Assembly: GCF_963677565.2 (NCBI RefSeq)
Contig: NZ_CAXXWI010000001.1
Span: 1,722,232-1,754,231, forward strand
Reading direction: 5' to 3'
Length of the DNA: 32,000 bases
Source: an uncultured Draconibacterium sp.
GTDB taxonomy: Bacteria; Bacteroidota; Bacteroidia; Bacteroidales; Prolixibacteraceae
Notes under the pieces: model-generated
Seen by the model: only the letters and a program-made list of their open reading frames with translations
What the model was told of the DNA's origin: nothing
The model's database searches: none
Shown here: one piece after another, positions 8,768 through 16,075 of the stretch
How positions within the stretch are numbered: the first letter of the stretch is position 1
Layout of the letters: the number at the start of each line of letters is the position of its first letter
Position numbers and translations under genes: made by a program

Positions 8768-8787
8768 TGATCTAAATCAATTTGACG

Positions 8788-9054
8788 ATGCAGTATTTAT
8801 TATTTATAAGTGGTGGCGAGATAGTTTTGGTGATGCTGTTGGCATTGTTGTTCTTCGGATCGAAAGCGATTCCTGATATTGCCAAAACACTGGGGAAAGG
8901 AATGCGAGAGTTTAAAAAGGCCACAAATGAAATAAAACGTGAACTCGACAACCATACTTCTGATATTCAAAAAGATATTAACGAAGTTTCTTCGACGGTA
9001 AAAAAGGAAACTACCGATATTCAAAAAGGTATTACTGATAAGATGAAGGATTAA
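8788..9054 (+). CDS. tatA: Twin-arginine translocase TatA/TatE family subunit
   Basis: N-terminal TM helix followed by FGSKAIPDIAKTLGKGMREFKKA (the FG-hinge amphipathic helix motif). I prefer the ATG at 8788 over the TTG at 8782 used by the ORF track. Confidence 0.9.
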   Translation: MQYLLFISGGEIVLVMLLALLFFGSKAIPDIAKTLGKGMREFKKATNEIKRELDNHTSDIQKDINEVSSTVKKETTDIQKGITDKMKD

Positions 9055-9072
9055 ACACAAAAATCATTGTAA

Positions 9073-10101
9073 ATGATTATACTTTCCATATTGGCTTTGC
9101 TGGCATGCTTTATTTTGCTTGCCCGTGTTGTCGATTTGTTTTTCATATCTTCTCTTGATAAAATCTCGAAAGATCTCCGATTATCGAGTGATGCAGCCGG
9201 AGCAACGCTGATGGCGGTGGGATCTAGTGCCCCCGAATTATTTGTTGCTTTATTTGCCGTAATAAAACCTGGAGAACACCAGGTAATTGGAATTGGCAGT
9301 ATTGTGGGAAGCGCCATCTTTAACTTGTTGGTAATTGTTGGAGCATCTGCTTTGGTGCGAAAAGCTACTCTTACAAAAATTCCTGTTATTCGCGATCTTG
9401 TTTTTTATTCTCTTTCAGTGGCTTTGCTGGTGTTTTTTATCTGGGATGGCAAACTGGAAATTTGGGAAACAGCCGTATTTCTGGCCGTTTATGTGCTGTA
9501 TGTAATTGCGGTGGTGTACTGGAGAAAGTGGTTTAAATACGAAGATAAACAAAGTGATGTGGAGGAAGAAACCGATTGTAATCCGAAAGGAATTCTGGCG
9601 CCGTTCGATCATGTGCTGTGTTTTATTTTTCCGAAACCAAAACGCTACTACCTGGTATTTTTTGTATCCATCGTTTTAATTGCTGCATTAAGCTGGGCGC
9701 TGGTAGAGTTGGCTGTTGTAATTTCACATGAATTAAATATTCCCGAAGCCATAATTGCGCTAACCGTTTTGGCAATCGGAACCTCAATTCCCGACCTGTT
9801 TTCGTCGCTTATTGTAGCACGTCAGGGACGTGGCGATATGGCCGTTAGCAATGCTATAGGATCCAATATTTTCGATATTCTGGTAGGATTGGGATTGCCG
9901 TTTATAATGGTGATGCTGATATCAGGAGGAACGATTGAAGCGGGTGGCGATTTACTCAGTTCATCGCTAATATTGTCCGGTTCAGTATTGTTGCTGATTG
10001 TACTGTTACTTGCTCAACGTTGGAGAGTGGGCAAATTAACCGGAATAGCACTGTTGCTGGCATACATTTTTTATGTGGGTTATGAAATACTAACACTGTA
10101 A
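9073..10101 (+). CDS. Ca2+/cation antiporter (CaCA family, YrbG / K+-dependent Na+/Ca2+ exchanger-like)
   Basis: 342 aa and about 10 TM segments. Two alpha-repeat signatures: GATLMAVGSSAPELF and GTSIPDLFSS...AVSNAIGSNIFDIL. Confidence 0.85.
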   Translation: MIILSILALLACFILLARVVDLFFISSLDKISKDLRLSSDAAGATLMAVGSSAPELFVALFAVIKPGEHQVIGIGSIVGSAIFNLLVIVGASALVRKATLTKIPVIRDLVFYSLSVALLVFFIWDGKLEIWETAVFLAVYVLYVIAVVYWRKWFKYEDKQSDVEEETDCNPKGILAPFDHVLCFIFPKPKRYYLVFFVSIVLIAALSWALVELAVVISHELNIPEAIIALTVLAIGTSIPDLFSSLIVARQGRGDMAVSNAIGSNIFDILVGLGLPFIMVMLISGGTIEAGGDLLSSSLILSGSVLLLIVLLLAQRWRVGKLTGIALLLAYIFYVGYEILTL

Positions 10102-10134
10102 AATTTGTGTTTATTATATTAAATAATTGCGTTT

Positions 10135-10785
10135 TTGATAAGAGCTGAAAACATAACAAAATCGTTCGGAGCACTTGAGGTGTTAAAGGGAATTGATCTG
10201 GATATTCCGAAAGGGAAATTGTACTCGATAGTTGGAGCCAGTGGCGCGGGGAAGACAACTTTGCTGCAAATTTTGGGTACTTTGAGTAAACCCGATAGCG
10301 GAGAGCTTTACTTTAACGACACAAAAATCTCAGGTCTCAACGATAAAAAGCTGGCCGATTTCCGTAATCGTGAAATTGGATTTGTGTTTCAGTTTCATCA
10401 TTTGTTGCCCGAGTTTACTGCGCTTGAGAATGTTTGTATTCCGGCGTTTATTGCCAAAACCCCAAAAGCAAAAGCAGAAACACGTGCAAAGGAATTAATT
10501 GATTATTTGGGACTGGCCGACCGCATGAGCCATAAACCATCCGAATTATCAGGTGGCGAAAAACAGCGTGTGGCAATGGCACGTGCACTGATAAACAGCC
10601 CGTCGGTGGTGATGGCCGATGAACCTTCGGGAAATCTCGACTCTGCCAATCGCGACGAATTGCACGATTTGCTTTTCAAACTACGCGATGATTTAGGGCA
10701 GACTTTTATTATTGTTACTCACGACGATCATTTCGCCGAACAGTCTGACCGCATTATTCATATTAAAGACGGAATCATCGAGTGA
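10135..10785 (+). CDS. lolD: ABC transporter ATP-binding protein, LolD/MacB-type (lipoprotein-releasing-system-like)
   Basis: 216 aa. Walker [11 protein letters not shown]-loop, signature [15 protein letters not shown], Walker [14 protein letters not shown]-loop VTHD. The TTG start gives an MIRAENI N-terminus, which is typical of homologs. Confidence 0.85.
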   Translation: MIRAENITKSFGALEVLKGIDLDIPKGKLYSIVGASGAGKTTLLQILGTLSKPDSGELYFNDTKISGLNDKKLADFRNREIGFVFQFHHLLPEFTALENVCIPAFIAKTPKAKAETRAKELIDYLGLADRMSHKPSELSGGEKQRVAMARALINSPSVVMADEPSGNLDSANRDELHDLLFKLRDDLGQTFIIVTHDDHFAEQSDRIIHIKDGIIE

Positions 10786-10811
10786 AGAAAGTGGCCAGTA
10801 ATCAGTCGCAA

Positions 10812-10853
10812 CATCCAGCATCCAGCATCCAGCATCCAGTATCCAGCATCCAG
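10812..10853. repeat. Heptanucleotide microsatellite (CATCCAG)x6, one copy TATCCAG
   Basis: Six head-to-tail 7-mers read directly, starting 27 nt after the lolD-like stop codon. On the minus strand they translate to the spurious LDAGCWMLD peptide of ORF 10693..10914. Confidence 0.9.
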
Positions 10854-10879
10854 AACCATTCTTCACTAAAAATTGAACA

Positions 10880-11647
10880 ATGGAAAAAATAGCAGATCTA
10901 AAAGACTTCCTCAACGAAAAAGTTGAACAGTATAATCAACCACAATTTATAGAAACCGATCCGATTCAGGTTCCCAAACAATTTGCTGAAAAAGAAAATA
11001 TTGAGATCGCTGGTTTTTTGGCGGCAACTATTGCCTGGGGAAACCGTGCTGCCATCATAAATAATGCTTTGCGCCTGATGGCTTTGCTCGAGAATCAGCC
11101 GCACGATTTTGTTGTAAATGCTGCGGAAAAGGAACTCGACCGGTTGAGAAAGTTTGTGCACCGCACTTTTAATGGCGACGATTGTATTTATTTTATTCGC
11201 TCGCTCCGAAATATTTATAAAAGGCACGGTGGTTTACAAGCCGTTTTTGAAAGCGGATTTCAACAAGAACAGACTGTAAAATCAGCTTTAGCGCATTTCT
11301 ATTCTGTATTTTTCGACACAGAGGGCGAACGAACACGCAAACATATTTCGAATGTCGCGAAAGGAGCTTCAGCCAAACGCCTGAACATGTATTTGCGGTG
11401 GATGTGCCGAGATGATAAATCGGGAGTGGATTTTGGATTATGGGATTCAATTCCTCAATCGGCGTTAATGCTACCACTTGATGTACATACCGGAAATGTT
11501 GGGCGAAAACTGGGACTGCTGCAACGGCGCTCAAACGACTGGAAAGCGGTGGAAGAAATTACAGCCACCTTGCGCGAATTCGATCCTAACGATCCGATTA
11601 AGTACGATTTTGCACTTTTCGGATTGGGCGTTTTTGAAAAATTCTAA
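10880..11647 (+). CDS. TIGR02757 / DUF2400 family protein (function unknown)
   Basis: 255 aa. The N-terminal ...YN.P.FIE.DPIQ.P......NIEI.GF..A.IAWGNR pattern and the C-terminal LMLPLDVHT / DFALFG motifs fit my recollection of this family, which commonly follows lolD-like genes in Bacteroidota. Confidence 0.6.
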   Translation: MEKIADLKDFLNEKVEQYNQPQFIETDPIQVPKQFAEKENIEIAGFLAATIAWGNRAAIINNALRLMALLENQPHDFVVNAAEKELDRLRKFVHRTFNGDDCIYFIRSLRNIYKRHGGLQAVFESGFQQEQTVKSALAHFYSVFFDTEGERTRKHISNVAKGASAKRLNMYLRWMCRDDKSGVDFGLWDSIPQSALMLPLDVHTGNVGRKLGLLQRRSNDWKAVEEITATLREFDPNDPIKYDFALFGLGVFEKF

Positions 11648-11664
11648 CCTTTGTATATGAATTA

Positions 11665-11753
11665 CACAGAGGACCTCGAAGGAAGCTCAGAGGTTCACCG
11701 AGTAAAATAAACTTTGTGGTTCTTTGTGTGGTCTTGGTGAATCTTTGTGTAAC
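11665..11753 (+). promoter_or_regulatory. Repeat-rich structured leader element upstream of the GxxExxY gene (CAGAGG copies followed by CTTTGTG copies)
   Basis: CACAGAGG (11665) and CTCAGAGGTTCACCGAG (11686..11702) are followed by three CTTTGTG copies (11713, 11722, 11743). Region 11686..11702 pairs with 11733..11749 at 16/17 positions if G-U pairs are allowed. Confidence 0.5.
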
Positions 11754-11775
11754 TTTAATTTTTCACCAAAACACG

Positions 11776-12153
11776 ATGGAGATGGATACAAATAAATTAT
11801 CAGGTTTAATTATTGGTAAAGCGATCGAAGTTCATAAAGCACTTGGTCCGGGCTTATTGGAGTCCACTTACAAAGAGTGTCTCTATTATGAGTTGATAGC
11901 ATCGGGATTGAATGTTGAAAAGGAAAAGCCATTACCTATTATTTATAAAGATATAAAACTGGATCATGGTTATCGAATCGATCTGTTAGTTGAAAACAAA
12001 ATTGTAATCGAGCTGAAAGCAGTTGAAGCATTTACTGATGTTCATTTTGCACAGATACTTACCTATTTAAAGGTTGGGGATTTTAAGCTTGGTTTGTTGT
12101 TGAATTTTAATGTATTGCGCTTAAAAGACGGCCTTAAGCGATTTATAATGTAA
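11776..12153 (+). CDS. GxxExxY protein (PD-(D/E)XK nuclease-like, PDDEXK_3 / TIGR04256-type)
   Basis: 125 aa from the ATG at 11776. Contains the name-giving GLLESTYKECLYYEL motif and a D...E.K core (YRIDLLVENKIVIELKA). The ORF-track start at 11716 adds a peptide that is a translation of the upstream repeat. Confidence 0.8.
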   Translation: MEMDTNKLSGLIIGKAIEVHKALGPGLLESTYKECLYYELIASGLNVEKEKPLPIIYKDIKLDHGYRIDLLVENKIVIELKAVEAFTDVHFAQILTYLKVGDFKLGLLLNFNVLRLKDGLKRFIM

Positions 12154-12866
12154 TGGGTAGAAACAATTATTTCCAATTCAAACAATTCCGTATCAATCAG
12201 AAACGTTCAGCCATGAAAGTGGGTATCGATGGCATTTTGCTGGGAGCATGGGCCGATATTCGCAATTGCAGTACGATTCTTGATATTGGTACCGGAACCG
12301 GTTTAATTGCTTTAATGCTGTCCCAGCGTTCATCAGCCCAAATTACAGCCATTGAAATTGAGAAAAACGCTGCGCAGGAAGCTGCCGAAAATGTTGTGGC
12401 ATCGCCGTGGAAAAACAGGATGCAAATACTGAATGTTTCTTTACAGGATTTTGCAGCCGAAACGTCTCAACAATTTGATCTAATTGTTTCCAATCCGCCT
12501 TTCTTTCAGAATTCGCTAAAAGCCGGAAACGAAAGTCGCTCACTGGCACGTCATACCGATAGTTTGCCATTTCCGGTTCTTATGAAATCAACAGCAGGTT
12601 TGCTCTCGAAGAAAGGACGCTGCGCATTTGTGCTCCCCATACAGACGTGTGAAGAAATTGAAATACTGGCCCGTGAAAACGATTTATTCCTAAGTCGTAA
12701 AACATTGGTGAAACCGAATGAGCAGAAACAAGCTAACCGTGTTTTGGTGGAAATAGCAAAAAAAGAAGCAGCCGTAATTCCCGACTGCCTGACAATTTAC
12801 AACAGCGACGGAACGTATACCGACGCATTTAAGATCTTAACAAACGATTTTTACCTGAAGCTTTAA
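12153..12866 (+). CDS. trmN6: tRNA1(Val) (adenine37-N6)-methyltransferase-like SAM-dependent methyltransferase
   Basis: 237 aa. FKQF.I.Q...AMKVG.DG.LLGAW N-terminus, SAM motif I ILDIGTGTGLIALML, and the N6-adenine catalytic motif SNPPFF. Its ATG overlaps the GxxExxY stop (TAATG). Confidence 0.85.
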   Translation: MGRNNYFQFKQFRINQKRSAMKVGIDGILLGAWADIRNCSTILDIGTGTGLIALMLSQRSSAQITAIEIEKNAAQEAAENVVASPWKNRMQILNVSLQDFAAETSQQFDLIVSNPPFFQNSLKAGNESRSLARHTDSLPFPVLMKSTAGLLSKKGRCAFVLPIQTCEEIEILARENDLFLSRKTLVKPNEQKQANRVLVEIAKKEAAVIPDCLTIYNSDGTYTDAFKILTNDFYLKL

Positions 12867-13366
12867 ACCAGAAACAAGAACGGATTAAAAATATGGTTCA
12901 TTTGTTGTGAGAATTTCCTTATGGCATCGTGGTTAATATGCGATACGCTGTTTTCAACCTTGGCTACTTTCTTTACAATCAGTTTCTGAAAGAAATTCAT
13001 TTTATTAAAATTGAATTCTCCACCCAGAGAGGCTGTTGCTTTCGCACTTTGTAACAAAGCTTTCGGAAACGCATCCTGCAACTGAATTTCAGCTTTTTCG
13101 CCTTCTTCCATACAACAAATAAACAATCCCAGTTCTTTGTTTTGCAGTGTTTCAAGATTCTGGCTACAAAAATCCTTTACTCTTTTCTGAATCTGACCGG
13201 CATGAATTGAGCCGCCAATAATTATACGGTCAAAAGATGTGAGATCCGGGACAGTTTCTTTTTTTAAGTTAACTAATAATACCTCGCCTCCGAGGAAATC
13301 TTTAAGTTCGTTTGCTGTTTTTTCTGTACAACCGTGTGTGGTACAATAGGTGATTAATGTTTTCAT
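12863..13366 (-). CDS. Flavodoxin-domain protein (Flavodoxin_5 / HemG-like)
   Basis: 167 aa from the ATG at 13366 (MKTLITYCTTHGCTEKTA...). The FMN-phosphate loop position is T-T-H-G-C-T, and ...DRIIIGGSIHAG... is present. The ORF-track start at 13399 adds 11 aa that are not typical of the family. It overlaps the trmN6-like stop by 4 bp (convergent). Confidence 0.75.
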   Translation of the reverse strand: MKTLITYCTTHGCTEKTANELKDFLGGEVLLVNLKKETVPDLTSFDRIIIGGSIHAGQIQKRVKDFCSQNLETLQNKELGLFICCMEEGEKAEIQLQDAFPKALLQSAKATASLGGEFNFNKMNFFQKLIVKKVAKVENSVSHINHDAIRKFSQQMNHIFNPFLFLV

Positions 13367-13558
13367 TTTTCTGATGACTTGGTTTTTAAGAAATTGCAAT
13401 TGATATTCGAAAATATCTATTCGAATTTATGGAAGACAATTGAACATTCGTGTTAAAAATCGGTTAATTCTCTAAAACTATCGGTAAAATAAAATACCAA
13501 AAAGTCTTTTAAGTCAATAATTGCACATATTTTTGTGCCGAAAGAAAATAAATACATC

Positions 13559-14239
13559 ATGACAATTGATATGAAACCAGAAGTACAACTTGATACAAAT
13601 TATTATAAGGTTGTAGGAATAAGAAGGCTAACAGATCATACCTTTGTTCTGTCGTTGCCAAAAAGTCGCTTCAAATTTGTTGCAGGACAGCATGTTTCGT
13701 TGTCTATAACAGGCGACTATCAAAGCCGCGAGTATTCCATTTACAGTGCCGAAGAAGCTGAGAATCTTGAAGTGTTGGTAAAAGAAGTAGAAGGTGGTTA
13801 TTTCTCTCCTAAACTCAAGCATTTAAAAGTTGGTGATATGGTAGAAGTTCACGGACCTTTTGGAAAATTTGGTCTCGACGAAAAAAATAAGGACACTCAC
13901 AAACATGTTTTTATTGCCAGCGGAACAGGAATTGCACCGTTTCACAGTATGGTAAAAAGTAACCCGGGTTTGAATTACCAATTGATTCACGGAGTTCGCC
14001 ATGTAGAGGAAGGATATGAGCAGGAAGATTACAGTAAGGAGAATTATACACTGTGCACTTCGCGCGATAAAAATGGCGATTTTAATGGCAGGGTGACAGA
14101 CTACCTGAAAAAGACAGATTTTGATAAAAATACGTGTTTTTACCTTTGTGGAAACAGCGATATGATCTTCGACTCGATGGAGATTTTAAACGAAAAAGGA
14201 TTTGGAAGAGAGAATATTACTGTTGAGGTATATTTTTAA
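13559..14239 (+). CDS. Ferredoxin/flavodoxin-NAD(P)+ reductase-like FAD/NAD(P)-binding oxidoreductase
   Basis: FAD motif R-E-Y-S (SREYSIYS), GG.FS, NAD(P) motif ASGTGIAPF, and C-terminal YLCGNSDMI ... EVYF. I prefer the ATG at 13559; a GTG at 13535 is possible. Confidence 0.8.
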   Translation: MTIDMKPEVQLDTNYYKVVGIRRLTDHTFVLSLPKSRFKFVAGQHVSLSITGDYQSREYSIYSAEEAENLEVLVKEVEGGYFSPKLKHLKVGDMVEVHGPFGKFGLDEKNKDTHKHVFIASGTGIAPFHSMVKSNPGLNYQLIHGVRHVEEGYEQEDYSKENYTLCTSRDKNGDFNGRVTDYLKKTDFDKNTCFYLCGNSDMIFDSMEILNEKGFGRENITVEVYF

Positions 14240-14281
14240 GATAGAATTGCAAAAGAATAGTTAGAGAGAGTTTTTTCGAGA

Positions 14282-14310
14282 AATGCCATCCCATTATAAG
14301 GGATGGCATT
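14282..14310. terminator. Bidirectional hairpin terminator between the convergent FNR-like gene and upp
   Basis: Perfect 11-bp stem AATGCCATCCC / GGGATGGCATT with a 7-nt loop. An A-rich tract lies upstream and a T-rich tract (CTTGTTTTATTTT) downstream. Confidence 0.75.
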
Positions 14311-14316
14311 CTTGTT

Positions 14317-14979
14317 TTATTTTGAATCGATTTTTTCGCCAAAGGCAAGGTCCCCGGCATCACCCAATCCCGGAACAATGTACGATTTTGGAGTCATTTC
14401 AGGATCGACGGCACCCAACCATAAAGTTACATTTTCGTCTTTAATAGCATTTTTTACATATTCAACACCTTCTTCGCTGGCAATAATTGCTACCAGGTGA
14501 ATGTGCGCTGGTTTTCCCTTGCTAAATAAAGCTTCGTAACCAATTTCCATCGATTTACCCGAAGCCAACATCGGGTCAGAAAGAATAACCACTTTATCGT
14601 CAAGTGAAGGTGAGGCCATGTATTCAAATTCAATTTCAAATTCGCCTCCTTCGGTATATTTTCTAAAGGCCGATATAAAACAATTTTCCGCCCGGTCGAA
14701 TATACGAAGCAATCCATTGTGCATTGCCAGGCCTGCACGTAAAATAGTTGCCAATACCGGTTGCCGGCATAATTTAGGAACTTTGGCAACACCCAGCGGA
14801 GTTGTAACGTCGTTAACTTCAAATTGCATTTCTTTGCTTATTTCGTAAGCAAAAATTTCACCAATTCGGTTAAGGTTATCTCGAAAACGAAGTGGGTCGG
14901 TTTGAATTCCTGTATCGCGGATTTCTGCCAGATACTGGTCTAAAATGGAGTGGCTGTGGCCTAAAACTCGAACGTTCAT
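14317..14979 (-). CDS. upp: Uracil phosphoribosyltransferase
   Basis: 220 aa from the ATG at 14979 (MNVRVLGHS...). PRPP loop VVILSDPMLASGKS and the hallmark C-terminal YIVPGLGDAGD. The ORF-track start at 15090 would overlap the upstream gene by 100 nt. Confidence 0.9.
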   Translation of the reverse strand: MNVRVLGHSHSILDQYLAEIRDTGIQTDPLRFRDNLNRIGEIFAYEISKEMQFEVNDVTTPLGVAKVPKLCRQPVLATILRAGLAMHNGLLRIFDRAENCFISAFRKYTEGGEFEIEFEYMASPSLDDKVVILSDPMLASGKSMEIGYEALFSKGKPAHIHLVAIIASEEGVEYVKNAIKDENVTLWLGAVDPEMTPKSYIVPGLGDAGDLAFGEKIDSK

Positions 14980-14989
14980 AATTTTTTTT

Positions 14990-16075
14990 TTAGGTGAAGA
15001 AGACATCTCCGTCACCATCCTGAAATGTATGTTGTTTTTTATTTGATACCTGAAAAGTACTGTATATTTTTTGCCCGTATCTTTTCGCATGCAAAAATGG
15101 GAATTTTCTGCTTAAAAGCTGGCCTGCAAGTTCCTTTTTATAAATAGTTAAGTACTCAATTTTGTTGCTCAGGCAATATTTTTTTAGAAACACGGCAATT
15201 TCTTTTGTGCAATCTTCGGTGAGGTTAAAATAAAGTGTTTTTAAATGTCCTTCACGAACGGAGAAAATAAAAAAGCCAAGCATTTTTTTGTCTCGTTTTA
15301 CTTTTACGGTTTTGTAGTAAAAATTTTTCGAGAAGGATGAAAAGGGATAGCGAGAGGACACTCCATTATTTTGTTGTGACATCCAGGGATGATCAAAAAT
15401 CCATTTCAGTTCTGTTTCGTCCCGGTTAAAAACACTGTTAACCGGATTGGATTTTAAGAACTCATAACAGGCTTCGTCAGGTTTCGTTGTGTCGGAGAAA
15501 GAAATTGCGGAACCTGGTTTTGGATTATAAAAGAAGCCAATCAAATGAACAAGGAGTGAAATAAAAAAATCTATAATATTGGATAGGAGTGCCGTAACAG
15601 TATTTTTTTGGGTTTGAAAAAGTCTAGCTGTTTTGGCATGCAAATATGCACGAACTCCTTCAAACTGGTGAATGGGTTGAAACAGACCGGTTTTTACATA
15701 CAGCTTTTCCGAATTTGGAGCATAGTTGGTAAACAATAACTTTTTATCCCAATCTTCATAAGCTTCGCGTAAAAGTTGCTCGGAATAACCCAGGCGGCGG
15801 TATTGTTCGTGAACCCAGTTTCCGCTGCACCAACCAAAACGAATTTGCTGATCATCTGAATTTAACGTGTCGGCAAAAATACTTCGAAAAGCCACCAAAC
15901 GCTCATTTTTAAACCCAAGATAAAGCACAATGTCATTATTTAGTGCATGCGGATTGGCAAGATACGACCGGGCGCGAATCGGAGAAATGGGAACCACTTC
16001 GTAATTTTGAAACGCTTTGCTGTTTACAAAGTTTTCCAGTTCGTTTAGTCGTATTTTTTTTACCTGTAAAGTCAA
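14990..16075 (-). CDS. Two-domain GNAT-like acyl/aminoacyl-transferase (hypothetical)
   Basis: 361 aa. The first half has a GNAT-type acyl-CoA loop pattern (VHEQYRRLGYSEQLL). The second half (KMLGFFIFSVREGHLKTLYFNL...) looks like a second, degenerate GNAT lobe. The TTG start overlaps the upstream stop (TTGA), and there is no internal Met for more than 200 aa. Confidence 0.6.
   Translation of the reverse strand: MTLQVKKIRLNELENFVNSKAFQNYEVVPISPIRARSYLANPHALNNDIVLYLGFKNERLVAFRSIFADTLNSDDQQIRFGWCSGNWVHEQYRRLGYSEQLLREAYEDWDKKLLFTNYAPNSEKLYVKTGLFQPIHQFEGVRAYLHAKTARLFQTQKNTVTALLSNIIDFFISLLVHLIGFFYNPKPGSAISFSDTTKPDEACYEFLKSNPVNSVFNRDETELKWIFDHPWMSQQNNGVSSRYPFSSFSKNFYYKTVKVKRDKKMLGFFIFSVREGHLKTLYFNLTEDCTKEIAVFLKKYCLSNKIEYLTIYKKELAGQLLSRKFPFLHAKRYGQKIYSTFQVSNKKQHTFQDGDGDVFFT

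Noticed and set aside
10693-10914. 73-aa minus-strand ORF containing LDAGCWMLD
   Set aside because: It is a translation of the CATCCAG heptamer array. It is antisense to the 3' end of the lolD-like gene and the 5' end of the TIGR02757 gene.
11716-11775. N-terminal extension of the GxxExxY ORF (MVLCVVLVNLCVTLIFHQNT)
   Set aside because: It starts at a non-ATG codon and simply translates the CTTTGTG repeat element. The family-typical N-terminus begins at the ATG at 11776.
14980-15090. Longer upp ORF starting at 15090
   Set aside because: The extra 37 codons overlap the 3' end of the upstream GNAT-like gene. The peptide they add (MRKDTGKKYTVLFRYQ...) is not seen at UPRTase N-termini, and MNVRVLGHS aligns with the family start.
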